A stretch of 64,000 bases of DNA from an uncultured Planctomycetota bacterium (lineage in GTDB: Bacteria; Planctomycetota; Planctomycetia; Isosphaerales; Isosphaeraceae), in the NCBI GenBank assembly GCA_963845755.1, contig CAWJTV010000012.1, positions 1 through 64,000 on the forward strand. The letters are read 5' to 3'. Below the pieces are notes generated by a model, which did no database searches, had not been told where the DNA came from, and was given only the letters and a program-made list of their open reading frames with translations. This document shows, piece after piece, positions 9,593 to 21,600 of the stretch. Made by a program: the position numbers and the translations under genes. Numbering within the stretch: position 1 is the first letter of the stretch; each line of letters begins with the position of its first letter.

Positions 9593-10807
9593 TTACGATT
9601 GGGTCGGCCGGAAGAGCGGCATTCGTTCGAAAGTTCCGTTCAGGGCATTCTTGGAGGCGAGTCCAAGCCAGTCTTCCAGGACAGTCGCATAAACGCGGCG
9701 GAAGTCAACCGTCATTTTCAAATCGCCGTCGACCAGATCGGTCAAGCTCGGATACGAGCCGATCAGTCCTGACTGAATGTGCGTGCCAGCCAGAAAGACC
9801 GGGCCGGATGTGCCGTGGTCTGTGCCGGCGCTCCCATTCTCGGCAACGCGCCGTCCGAATTCACTGAAGGCCATCACAAGCACGCGATCGAGCAACCCCA
9901 ATGCGCCGAGGTCGGCGTGAAACGCCTCGAGGGCGCCGGAGAGTTCATTGAGGAGCTGGAAGTGCGTTCCAGGCTGTGCCCTGTGCGTGTCATATCCGGT
10001 TTGTAACGTGTAGAAGACGCGAGCACCAAAGCCCCCTTTGAGCAGCCGGGCGATCAGGCCGAGCCGTTGGGCCAGCGCCGATGAAGGATAACGAGCGTTG
10101 GAGTCGTCGCGGCCCAGGGCTGCCAGGCGATCGGCCGTCGCGTAGGCGTCGAGCGCCGCGCGCTGAACGAACGACGCCACACTGTCCGACGATTCGCGGT
10201 TGTCCATCATGTCGCCGGCCGCGGGCTTCGCCGCGTTGGGTTGGTCGAGGGTGAGGTCGTCGATGTGTTCGAGCGAGCCGGCGGGCGCCGATGTGCCGCG
10301 TAGGGCTGAGGGAACGGCGCCGGCGCCGATATAGAGCGACGCCGGACCGCTCGCCCCGGGAACGGCTCGGGCATCGAGGCCGCGCCCGATCCAGCCGGGC
10401 CCGGAGTGATCGACCGGGTCGAGCCGGGCCGTATGCCAGATGGCCATGCTTCGGAAGTGGGAGCGGTCGGGATTCGGGTAGCCGACACCAGGCACAATGG
10501 CGAGGCGCCCGGCCTCGAGCATCCGGCCAGCACCTTGCATCGCGGGATGAAGGCCAATCCCCTCGGTGACGGAGATGAGCCGTTTCACCGGCAGTGCCAG
10601 CGCTTCGCGATTTCGGGCGTATCCTTCATCCGTGAAAGGGACGACCGTGTTGATCCCGTCATTGCCGCCGTCGAGCTGGATCACGACGAGCACCCGGCCG
10701 TCTTTCTGAGGCGCGGCGGCACGAGCCGACCGCGCGAGGAAGCCGGGAACGCTCGGGGCGAGCGAAATCAACGGGAGGGTGCGCAGAACATCGCGTCGCG
10801 TGATCAT
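9593..10807 (-). CDS. DUF1501 domain protein (complete copy, Tat-like signal)
   Basis: MITRRDVLR; LVVIQLDGGNDGINTVVP; NPDRSHFRSMAIW; GYDTH; FSEFGRRVAENGSAGTDHG. Confidence 0.9.
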   Translation of the reverse strand: MITRRDVLRTLPLISLAPSVPGFLARSARAAAPQKDGRVLVVIQLDGGNDGINTVVPFTDEGYARNREALALPVKRLISVTEGIGLHPAMQGAGRMLEAGRLAIVPGVGYPNPDRSHFRSMAIWHTARLDPVDHSGPGWIGRGLDARAVPGASGPASLYIGAGAVPSALRGTSAPAGSLEHIDDLTLDQPNAAKPAAGDMMDNRESSDSVASFVQRAALDAYATADRLAALGRDDSNARYPSSALAQRLGLIARLLKGGFGARVFYTLQTGYDTHRAQPGTHFQLLNELSGALEAFHADLGALGLLDRVLVMAFSEFGRRVAENGSAGTDHGTSGPVFLAGTHIQSGLIGSYPSLTDLVDGDLKMTVDFRRVYATVLEDWLGLASKNALNGTFERMPLFRPTQS

Positions 10808-10835
10808 CGTATTCTCCGGTTTCGGTGATTGGAGT

Positions 10836-12213
10836 TCAGGCGAGCTGGGATTCAGGCGAGGCGACGACCAATGCCACGGCCCGGCGCAGCGATTCGGGAG
10901 TTTGGTCCGAGATCATCGGTGCCAGCCGCCGGCGCTCCTGGAGCGAAAGGGTCGAGCCGTGCAAGAGCGTGGATGCCGCATCCGCGATCGCGTCGAACGA
11001 TGTCGTCCGACCTTGTGCCCTGGCCATCGCCGATGCATCGATCGGGGCCGGCAAGCCGATCGATCGGCCATCGACGAGCGCCGACGCAAACCTGGTCCGC
11101 GCGATGATCGACTTGCCGGTCAACCATTCGCGGCCCTCGGGCCAGCCGCCGACATTGGGTGGGTTGAAGAGGTCCTGGCCGAGCTGACGGATCCAGCCGG
11201 CCAATGAGAGCGTGCTCGGGGGCGGATGCGAGCGGCAAGAGCGTTCGGCAGGCGCCGATCACGAACTCAGCCGGTCCGAGCACTCGCGTTCGGATATTGG
11301 CTGACGCGAAGAATGCCCGCGAGCGGAGGATCGTTTCGACACCCCAGCCGATGTCGAGGTGATGGTCGCGCAGTCCGACGGCCAGTGCGGCGACGGCCGG
11401 AGCGTCGACAGCCTGCTCACCCATGAAGAGGCCGCACAACCGCGATGCCAGGCGATGGGCTGTCGCAGGCTGGTCGGCAAGCATCGCGACGAGCTGCGAG
11501 CCGCTCCAGCGGCCTGTCTTGCCGAGGATCGTCTTCTCGCCGTCGTCGTGCTCCGCGGGCGACTCGCGCAGCTCGCCATCCTCGAAGGTCCAGCCGGTCA
11601 GTGCCCGTGCCGCCGCTTTCACGTCGGACTCGGTGTAGTGGCCGATGCCGAGCGTGAAGAGCTCCATGAGCTCTCGGGCGAGGTTCTCGTTGGGACGGCC
11701 TTTGCGGTTGGCGGTCGCATCAAGGTAAAGGAGCAGCGCGGGCTCGCGAATCGCCGCGGCCAATAGCTCGCCGAACCGCGCGCGGGCGAGGCGGCGATGC
11801 GTCTCGTTCTGCCGGCGCATGGCGCGCAGGTCGTGGACCTTTTCGTTGCTGGTCGCGAAGTGGTTGTGCCAGAGGAGCGTCAGTCGTTCACCCAACGGGT
11901 CGGGTGAGAACAACAGCCGATAGACCCACCACGCCTGGAGGCGATGGAGATCACCCGATTGGACGGCCGCATCGGCGATCAGACTCGAGATGTGATCAAA
12001 GTCGGCGGGAACGCCGCTCGCTCGGGACCGTCCTGCCAGGATGCGGTCGATCGCCGCTTCGGGGCCGTCCGCAAGGTCGCGCTCGAGCTCGAGCCACGTG
12101 GCGCCGAAGCCGGCGCGGCGATGCAGATGAACCACCCTGCGTAGGTCCCAGGGGGCGCTCGCCGTGGCGGAATAGGGCGCCAAGGGGTCGGATCGATGCA
12201 CTGCATTTCTCAT
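10836..12213 (-). CDS. DUF1800 domain protein, copy 2 (frameshift near 11225)
   Basis: HLHRRAGFG; ERLTLLWHNHFATS; PNENLARELMELFTLG; LGQDLFNPPNVGGW; SPESQLA. Confidence 0.85.
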
Positions 12214-12221
12214 CGAGTGAC

Positions 12222-12722
12222 TCGGGAACGGCGCCGGCGCCGATGTAGAGCGACGCCGTACCGCTCGTCCCGGGAACGGCTCGGGCATCGAGGCCGCGCC
12301 CGATCCAGCCGGGCCCGGTGTGATCGACCGGGTCGAACCGGGCCGTATGCCAGATGGCCATGCTTCGGAAATGGGAGCGGTCGGGATTGGGATAGCCGAC
12401 ACCAGGCACGATGGCGAGGCGCCCGGCCTCGAGCATCCGGCCAGCACCTTGCATCGCGGGATGAAGGCCGATCCCCTCGGTGACGGAGATGAGCCGTTTC
12501 ACCGGCAGCGCCAGAGCTTGGCGATTTCGGGCGTATCCTTCATCCTGGAAGGGGACGACCGTGTTGATCCCGTCATTGCCGCCGTCGAGCTGGATCACGA
12601 CGAGCACCCGGCACGTCGTTCTCTGGCGCGGCGGCACGGGCCGACCGCGCGAGGAAGCCGGGAACGCTCGGGGCGAGCGAAATCAAAGGAAGGGTGCGCA
12701 GGACATCGCGTCGCGTGATCAT
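12222..12722 (-). pseudogene. Truncated DUF1501 paralog (N-terminal part only)
   Basis: Near copy of 10310-10807 that breaks off after YIGAGAVP and joins the leader of DUF1800 copy 2. Confidence 0.85.
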
Positions 12723-12753
12723 TATACTCTCCGGGTTCGGTGACTGGCGTTCA

Positions 12754-12821
12754 GAGGCCATTTCAAAAAGGGGACAGACACCTCGAAGACTCGGAGCCAG
12801 TCCTCTTTTTGAAATGGCCAG
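12754..12821. mobile_element. 68-bp MITE/REP hairpin flanked by a TCA duplication
   Basis: GGCCATTTCAAAAAGGGGAC (12756-12775) / GTCCTCTTTTTGAAATGGCC (12800-12819), 19/20 inverted match. TCA at 12751-12753 and 12822-12824. Absent from the paralogous site at 10836. Confidence 0.85.
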
Positions 12822-14196
12822 TCAGGCGAGCTGGGACTCGGGCGAGGCGACGACGAGTGCCACGGCCCGCGCAGCGATTCGGGAGTTCGGTTCGGGATCA
12901 TCGTCGCCAGCCGCCGGCGCTCCTGGAGCGAAAGGGTCGAGCCGTGCAGGAGCATGGAGGCCGCATCCGCGATCGCGTCGAACGATGTCGTCCGACCTTG
13001 TGCCCTGGCCATCGACAATGCATCGATCGGGTCCGGCAATCCGATCGATCGGCCCTCGGCCAGCGCCGACGCAAACCGGGTCCGCGTGATGATCGACCTG
13101 GCGGTCAACCATTCGCGGCCCTCGGGCCAGCCGCCGACATTGGGCGGGTTGAAGAGGTCCTGGCCGAGCTGACGGATCCAGCCGGCCAATGAGAGCGTGC
13201 TCGGGGGCGGGGCGAGCGGCAGGAGCGTTCGGCAGGCGCTGATTACGAACTCGGTCGGTCCGAGCACTCGCGTTCGGATATTGGCTGACGCGAAGAATGC
13301 CTGCGAACGGAGAATCGTTTCGACACCCCAGCCGATGTCGAGGTGATGGTCTCGCAGTCCGACAGCGAGCGCGGCGACGGCCGGGGCGTCGACAGCCTGC
13401 TCGCCCATGAAGAGGCCGCACAACCGTGATGCCAGGCGTTGGGCGGTCGCAGGCTGGTCGGCGAGCATCGCCACGAGCTGCGGGCCGCTCCAGCGGCCTG
13501 TCTTGCCGAGGATCGTCTTCTCGCCGTCGTCGCGTTCCGCGGGCGACTCGCGCAGCTCGCCATCCTCGAAAGTCCAGCCAGTCAGTGCCCGTGCGGCCTC
13601 TTTCACGTCAAGCTCGGTGTAGTGGCCGATGCCGAGCGTGAAGAGCTCCATCAGCTCTCGGGCGAGGTTTTCGTTGGGGCGGCCCTTGCGGTTGGCGGTC
13701 GCATCCAGGTAAACGAGCAGCGCGGGCTCGCGAATCGCCGCGGCCAATAGCTCGCCGAACCGCGCCGGCCGAGGCGGCGATGCGTTTCGTTCTGCCGGCG
13801 CATCACGCGCAGGTCCTGGACCTTCTCGTTGCTGGTCGCGAAGTGGTTGTGCCAGAGGAGCGTCAGCCGTTCACCCAGCGGGTCGGGCGAGAACAACAGC
13901 CGATAGACCCACCACGCCTGAAGGCGATCGAGACCACCGGATTGGACGGCGTCATCGGCGATCAGACCTGAGATGTGATCAAAGTCGTCGGGAACGCCGC
14001 TCGCTCGGGACCGTCCTGTCAGGATGCGGTCGATCGCCGCTTGGGGGCCGTCCGCAAGGTCGCGCTCGAGCTCGAGCCACGTGGCGCCGAAGCCGGCGCG
14101 GCGATGCAGGTGCACCACCCTGCGTAGGTCCCACGGGTCGCTCGCCGTGGCGGAGTAGGGCGCCCAGGGGTCGGATCGATGCGCCGCGTTCCTCAT
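12822..14196 (-). CDS. DUF1800 domain protein, copy 1 (frameshifts near 13765 and 12870)
   Basis: Same motifs as copy 2. ATGA overlap with the upstream gene and a GGAGG SD. Confidence 0.85.
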
Positions 14197-16358
14197 CGAG
14201 TGACCTCCCTTACGTCGCCGAGTTCCTTGGTTTCGCCGGGTTCGACGGCGTGTGGCCAGCTCACGGAGACGGTCGGTGCATACACGTCCTGAGGCACGAC
14301 CTTGATGACGTAGTCCCGATCGGGCACCAGACCGACAAAGGTGAAACGCCCGCTCGAGTCGGTCGTCACGTCCTTCGGAAAGGCCTGCGCGAAGGGCCTC
14401 CAGCCGAGGTAGGAATCTTGATAAGACAGGACCACGCCAGGGCCGCGGCTGGCCGTCGCGGTCGACCAGCCGACCGGAGACCGTGCCCCACGGCCGGAGC
14501 CGGGCCACGAGGGGGCCGGGCTCCGCGTCCCGGACGGCCAGCGTCCCGGCGAGCCGTCGGCCTTGATGGTGGATTGCCAGGTTGCGAATCCGATGGTGGA
14601 TCAGGCCGGTGACGCGAAAGACGCCGTGTTGCCGCGACTGCCACCAGCATTCACGGCTCAGATCTAACGACAGTGTGCCGCTGACGATTGCGCCCGCCAG
14701 CGGCTGTCCGTCGGGATCGAGGATCCTGACGATCGGCTCGGGCGCCGGCACGATTGACAGGTCGCATCGGTAGGTCTTCGCCGTCGATTCGGGCGTGATC
14801 GGCTCGAGCGCCTGGCATCGTTCCGGTGAAGTGACGCCCCGGATAATCCCGAGCTTACGAGCTTGCGCAGGCTGGTCTGCCCGTGCGCGATCGGCTGTGA
14901 GGAACCGGTCGTCCATCACGGACGCAACCACCACGCCAGGGCCGGGCAGGGTGGGGAGCGTGAAGCTGCCATCCGGGCGCGTCGCGATCGGCTCGAAAAG
15001 GCTGACGTCCTGGATGGAACTCAAGTTCGGATTCTCGAGCGTGGGAAGGTATTCGACGAAGGCCGCGACGGGCTTGCCGGTCGTCCGGTTCGTGACCTTT
15101 CCCTCCACCGGAATTCCGCGCACGAGTTTGAAGTCGAGCCTGGTGGGCCCGATGCCCGGCGCGTTGGGTACTTCCTGGGACATGGGTCGATACGGCGTTC
15201 GGTCGCTGAGCATCGTACCCAGCTCGACCGGATGGCCCACGGGCAGGCCGTCCCAGACGGTAATGCCCGCGCGCGTCCGTCGCGACTCGTATCGCCCTGT
15301 CCGGCCGCCATCGGATGAGCTCGGATAGGGATTCTCGAATGCACCGTAGTGGATCATCTTGGGGCGGATGACCACGCCCGGAACCGGCTGGCCCGTGGCG
15401 GCATCGACCACGTCGCCCTCGACATCCCGCCCGGGTGCGGCGATGTGCTCGAACTCGATCGGGTAGATCAAGATATCGGTCTCCACCTGCCCCTCGGGAA
15501 CCGGGGGCCGCATCGATTTCGACGACCCGACGCGCAGTCATCACCTGCACGACCCGCGTCTGGACCCTGTCGCCCTGGATCACGAGCGAGACGATCCGCT
15601 CGCGGCCCGCACCTCGGAGCCGGAATCGTCCGTCGGGGCCGGTCTTGGCCGGTGGAATCAACATCGAGAGGCTGGCCGGCGACCACCTCGTGAACATCCT
15701 GAATGCTCCGAAGGCCGTCTTCGGGTCGTTTTGAATCTTCGACAGCCACGGCGAGAGGTCCTCGGTCGGCGTGGCGTAGATCTGGACCACGTGCACGGTC
15801 ACGTCCGGCAGCGGACGGCCCTCGAGATCCATCAATCGGCCCGCGATCGGAGCATCGTCGGCGACGAGCTCGAGGCGGTTGCCGTCGGGGTCGTCGATCG
15901 TCAGCCCCGCGGTCCAGGCCGGTCCATAACCTTCCGCAAACGCGGCGAGGAACACGCCTGGGTAACTCGGTGCGGGCAAGGCCGGGAGGCGAGCTCAGTC
16001 CGATTGACCGTGAATCGAAACCCGCCGTCGGCGCCACTCATCGCACGGACGGGCGGCGTAATCGGCGTGTGCGTCAACGGCTCGTCAGGTTCGACCCACA
16101 AATACAACTTGGCGCCCGCGACGGGCTGACCCTTCCGATCGACGACGCGTCCCGCGATCGGCACTGTTTGGGGAACGGGCGTGACGTCAGGCTCCGCGCT
16201 CTGGGGCCGGTTGCGCGGGTCGAAGGCCGGTTGCGCGGCGTGCCTGGTGGCGCCGGCGAATCGCGGCAGGAGGGCCGATGTCGCCAGGATGAGGAGGGTC
16301 ACTCCGGTTATGCTTCGGGAGATCCATCGCGGGCGAGCACCATCATTGTCGTGTGTCA
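14193..16358 (-). CDS. Secreted protein with repeated carboxypeptidase-regulatory-like (beta-sandwich) domains, frameshifted
   Basis: Hydrophobic N-terminus TLLILATSALL. Repeated IAGRVVDRKGQPVAGA / IAGRLMDLEGRPLPDV / VEGDVVDAATGQPVPGV / VSGRLVDRDGQPRP and TxxDGRF motifs across ORFs 15901, 14855, 13651 and 14193. Confidence 0.7.
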
Positions 16359-18119
16359 TAGAAGGGTCGGGCCTCGGGTGGAAGAAGTGTTGAAGTCTGG
16401 CGGCTCGGCTCGCGCTGTCGGGCACTGCCGACCGGATACGATGAGTGGCGTGACCTGGCTTTAAGGGATTTGGATTGCCTCGCCGGAGTCGAGACGCCGA
16501 AGACGACCTCGTCGCCGCCACGGGTGATCAGCTCCACCAGCACGGTCGGATCGACGGATTTCTTGAACAGGCGCGGCCCGCCGTCGGCCATGACTCCCAC
16601 GAACTCCTCCTCGAATTGGCCGCCGAGTTGAGGCAACAGGCTGCGCCCCGTAAATGCGAGGTCCTCGGGTTTGGTCCAGGGAACGCCCGTCACGGCTTCC
16701 GCGATCATCAGCGTGTTGGAAGTCCCGTCGGTTACCAACCGGATATTCGCCATTCGATCGCGCTCGAACAGGGCGCCCCCGCCGACAAAACCGAGGTAGT
16801 GCGTGACGTATTTGTCCTTCTCGCCGCCTTTCGCGACCGTGGCGGCATACACCCTGGGCATCTTCGCGAGCAGGGCCTTGTTGTGCGGGCTGTCCCAGGG
16901 TTCCGACAGTTTGAACTGCCCGTAGAGGGCCTTCTCGCTCTCGCCCAGGTAAGGCAGGATCGCGACGCGCCAGCTCAAGAGAGGCGTGCCATTTGGGCCG
17001 ACGATCGCCGCGGCCGGGAAGTTGTGGTTGTTGGCCGCGAGATACGCAAGAATCGCCGTGGCGATCCGTTTCAAGTTCGTTGCGCTGCGGACGATCAATT
17101 CCGTCTTGCGGTCGGGTCCGGATTCGGCCTCCGCCTTTTCCCCTTGCACGGGGGCGGCGACCGCGATGGGCTCCGGATCGGGCTCGCGGCGCTCGGGCGC
17201 GGGCTGTTGTGGTGCCGGCTGCGGGGCGCGTCCGACGACGCCCATACCGACACCGACGCCGGTGGCGGCGGCTCCCAGGCCGACCAGCGCGGCGGCGATC
17301 AGTCCGATTTTCGCGAATAGCATGGATCTCAAGACTCCCTGGGAAAGACTGACGATCGTGACCGGGACGCTCCCGGCCGCGAGTCCTGTGGAAAGAGCCA
17401 TCACATTCTTGACGGTGGAACCGACAAGCGAGTTCGGGAGCACCGAGGGCCTTGTCGAGTCGATCGCGGCGGCGACCATTCCGCCCGGGTAGGCCAGCCC
17501 GCGGCGATCGAGCCGGCGGCGCAGCCGTTCTCTCGCGCGGGACACTTGCGAACTGATCGTGCCGACCCGGCGGCCTAGCCGCCGAGCCGCCTCTTCGTGC
17601 GTGAGCCCCTGGAGGTCGCAGAGCACGATGGCCGTCTTATACCGCGCGGGCAACCGCTCGATTTCTCGATGCAGGGCTTCGATCGCGTCTTGATTTGCCA
17701 GCGCGGTACGGATGTCGGCTTGATCCGTTCGAACGGTGTGCATGGTCGCTGTTCACCGCCGCCTCCGCTTCATGGCTCTTTCGCCGCGCGTTCTTCTCCT
17801 TCAGCCGCCGCGCCGTCCGGTGGGCGACGCCGTGGAGCCAGGGACCGAGCCGATCGGGCTGCCGGATCGAGCCTGCCTTGCGGGCCAGGACCATGAACGT
17901 GGCCTGGAAGGCGTCTTCGGCGTCGTGGGGGTTGCGGAGCAAGCTTTGACAGACACCGAAGACGAGCGGTCCGTGCTGCTTGACCAGGGCTCTGAAGGCC
18001 AGCTCGGCTTCTGTGTCTCGGTGAGACGCGAAGCGCTCCAATAATTGGCCATCGGTCAATCCGGCGACGGTCCCGCCGTCGATGATCGCGCGGAGCTCTG
18101 GCGTCACTCCTACTCGCAT
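16343..18119 (-). CDS. Planctomycete-type ECF sigma-70 factor with TM linker and C-terminal DUF1559-like domain (frameshift near 17730; true end possibly 16461)
   Basis: TDGQLLERF...HDAEDAFQATFMVLARKAGSI (region 2); LPARYKTAIVLCDLQGLTHEEAARRLG (region 4); hydrophobic segment; NLKRIATAILAY...PLLSWRVAILPYL...EPWDSPHNKALL...DGTSNTLMIAE. Confidence 0.85.
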
Positions 18120-18613
18120 GATCCCGACGCCCCCGTTGGTGTTCCTCTTTGCTCGAATCTCGGCTCGCGTTTTCTATTATCTCCCGCGCCGAACCGTAAC
18201 CCTTGCAACTTTTCTTGCGATACGCAGACGCCCGCGGCGCGCGGAGCCATAAGTCATGCAGCTTCAAGACATTGTATCTCGCGGCAACTGGCGACACGGT
18301 GGCCCACCGCGAGACGCGGCGGGTCGGAGTGTACCAGGCCAGGTCGTTGCGAACAGCGACAGCCAGCAGGGAGACGACCGAGTCGAGCGGCACGCGCCGC
18401 GACACCGGAAACATGCATCAAGATTCTCGGATTCGCTTGCTCGGTGCCACCCCGCGAGAGAATCGCACCGGTGGACTCGCAGGCCCCCGAGTGTTTCGGC
18501 TCGCGATGCTGCATTACCTTGCGTCCACCGCATCGCCACGATTGATGTGGCCCTTGGCGGTTGACTGAGCCCCGTATCGCGATGTGTCTCTCCGCTTCGA
18601 GAGGATGCTCTTG

Positions 18614-21600
18614 ATGGACAAGTCAACGTCCCGCGGCGAAGGGACTCACGACGCCGACCTCCATGCTGCGACCACGGCCATCGAAGGCCCTTCGACCCTC
18701 CCGCTCGTTGGCACCTCGGCCGTCCCCGGTCCCGTGGGGAAATGTCCGGCCAGAGCAGATCCCCAGCGTCCTACCGCGATCGAGGAGACGGCGCGCGGCG
18801 AGAACCGTGATGACGAACGGGCTACGACCACCGGTAGCGATGCGGCGAGACAGGCGGGACGAGCCAGCCCCAACATCCCCGGCTATGAAATCCTCGGCGA
18901 GCTGGGACGCGGAGGCATGGGCGTCGTCTACAAGGCCCGCCAGATTCGCCTCAATCGCCTGTGTGCGATCAAGATGATCCTGGCCGGCGCGCATGCCACG
19001 CGCGAGGCGGGCGCCCGCTTCCTCGCCGAGGCCGAGGCGATCGCCAAGCTCCAGCACCGGCACATCGTCGAGATCCACTCCATCGGCGAAGCGGAAGGGC
19101 TACCCTACTTCGAGCTGGAATACCTGCCCGGCGGCGGTCTGGAGCAGAGGCTGGATGGCACGCCCTGGGTACCGAAACGGGCGGCTCGACTGGTCGAGAT
19201 CCTGGCCCGGGCGATGGCCGAGGCGCACCAACTGGGGATCGTGCATCGCGACCTCAAACCCGCCAATATCCTCGTCGCCGCCGACGGCACGCCCAAGATC
19301 ACCGACTTCGGCCTGTCCAAAGCGATCGGAAGCGAGTCGGATCTGACCCTGAGCAATGCGATCCTCGGCTCACCCAGCTACATGGCGCCCGAGCAGGCGG
19401 GTGGCTATACCAAGCAGGCCGGACCAGCCTCCGACATCTACGCCCTGGGTGCTATCCTCTACGAGCTGCTCACCGGCCGGCCGCCATTCCGCGGCGCGAC
19501 AATCCTGGAGACCATCGAGCAAGTCAAGGGGAACGATCCGGTTTCGCCGTCGCGGCTCGTGCCGAACCTGCCGCGGGACACCGATACGATCTGCATGAAA
19601 TGCCTCGAGAAGGACCCGGCCAAACGTTACGAGGACGCACGGGCGTTAGCCGAAGACTTGAAACGATTCAAGGCGGATCAGCCGATCCTGGCCCGCCCCA
19701 TCGGCGCCACCGAGCGCGCCTGGCGGTGGTGCCGTCGCAATCGGCTGGTGGCCGGCCTGGCCGCCGGCATCGTCGCGACGATGCTAATGGGCACGATCGT
19801 CGCGACTTATAGCCTCGTCCGAGCCATCCGTGGCGAGCAACTGGCTTCTGAGAAGTCGACCGAAGCCCAGGCCAACGCGGAAAAGGCCCATGAACAGACG
19901 CAGCTCGCCAACATCGCGGCTGAGAAAGCGACCGCGGAGGCTCGCCGAGCCGATCAAGAGGCGAAGAACGCGGCGGCCGAGGCGCAGCGTGCCCGAGAGG
20001 AAGAGCGGCTCGCCGATAGTCGCTTGTACGTCGCCGAGATGAATCTCGCCCACCAGGAATGGGAAAAGGGCCGGGTAGACCTGATGCAGCAACACCTGCA
20101 AGAGGTCGTACTCGGGAAATCCGAGGACCCGGACCTGCGTGGGTTTGAGTGGTTCTACCACGATCGCCTCCGTCACGCGGATCTCCGCACCATGAGCGGG
20201 CATACCGCCGTCGTCCATGGCGTGGCGTACAGTCCTGACGGCCGACTGATCGCCTCGGCCGGCGGCGACCAGACCGCCAGGCTGTGGGACGCTGTCACGG
20301 GACGGGAAGTGCACACTTTGAAAGGGCACACGAAAGCCGTGGACCGCGTGGTGTTCAGCCCGGACGGCCGAACGCTCGCCTCCTCGAGTTGGGACGGTAC
20401 GATCAAGCTCTGGAATGTCGCCTTGGGAACAGAGGTTCGCACGCTGAAGGGGCATAGGAACAACGTTCGTGGCCTCGCCTATAGCCCGGACGGCCGAACC
20501 CTCGCCTCCTGCAGCGAAGGCGGCATTTTGAGGATCTGGGACACCTCCACTGGGCGGGAGACCGGCCCCGAGTTCAAGGTCGAGGTGGTCCATCTACGCC
20601 TGGCATTCAGCCCCGACGGTCGAACGATCGCCACCGGGACCAATGATCAAGTGCGGCTCTGGGACGCAGCCACCGGCCGGCAGGTCCGGGTCCTGAGCGG
20701 TCACACCGCTCCCGTCTGGGATGTGGCGTTCAGTCCCGATGGAAAGGCACTCGCCAGCGCCAGCCAGGATCGCACTGTGAGACTCTGGGACCCCAGCACA
20801 GGGCGCCAGATCTTGAACCTGCACGGGCATTCGAACATGATCCTCGCCGTAGCGTTCAGCCTCGACGGACAGACTCTCGCCTCCGCCAGCATGGATCACA
20901 CAGTGAAGCTGTGGGACGCCGCGACCGGAGAGAATCTTCGCACCGTGCGTGGGCACACCAACAGGGTCACAGGTGTCGCGTTCAGCCCGGACGGCCGAGC
21001 CCTCGCCACGACCAGTTGGGACGGGACGGTCAAGATCTGGGACGCGACCATCGATGCAGAGTCCATGCCCCTTCCCGGGCATACGGAGCTAGTCAGCGCA
21101 TTGGCAATCAGTCCCGACGGTCAGACCATCGCTTCGTCGGGCGAAGACCTCTCCGTGCGGCTGAGGGATGCGGACACGGGGGAGGAAAAACATGCCCTGC
21201 GCGGGCATACTAGCCGCGTCGGATGCGTGGCGTTCAGCTCCGACGGGCGAACCCTTGCTTCCGCCAGCGAAAACCTCTACACCCCTAACATCGAGACGAT
21301 GGTGCGACTCTGGAATGTCGCCACAGGCCGCGAGACACGGACCCTGATGGGGCATACCTCTCCCGTCGAATCCCTGGCATTTAATCCCAACGGGAGCACC
21401 CTCGCCTCCGCCAACTGGAAAGATGGCGTGAAGCTGTGGGATCCCGCCACAGGCCGGCAGGTTCGGGCGCTGCGCGGGCAGAACGGAGGAATGAAGTTCT
21501 TGGCATTCAGCCCGGACGGACGCATCCTCGCCACGAGCGGCTCATCCCAGAACGTGCAACTCTGGGACACCACCACGGGCCAGGAGGTCCGATCGATCAA

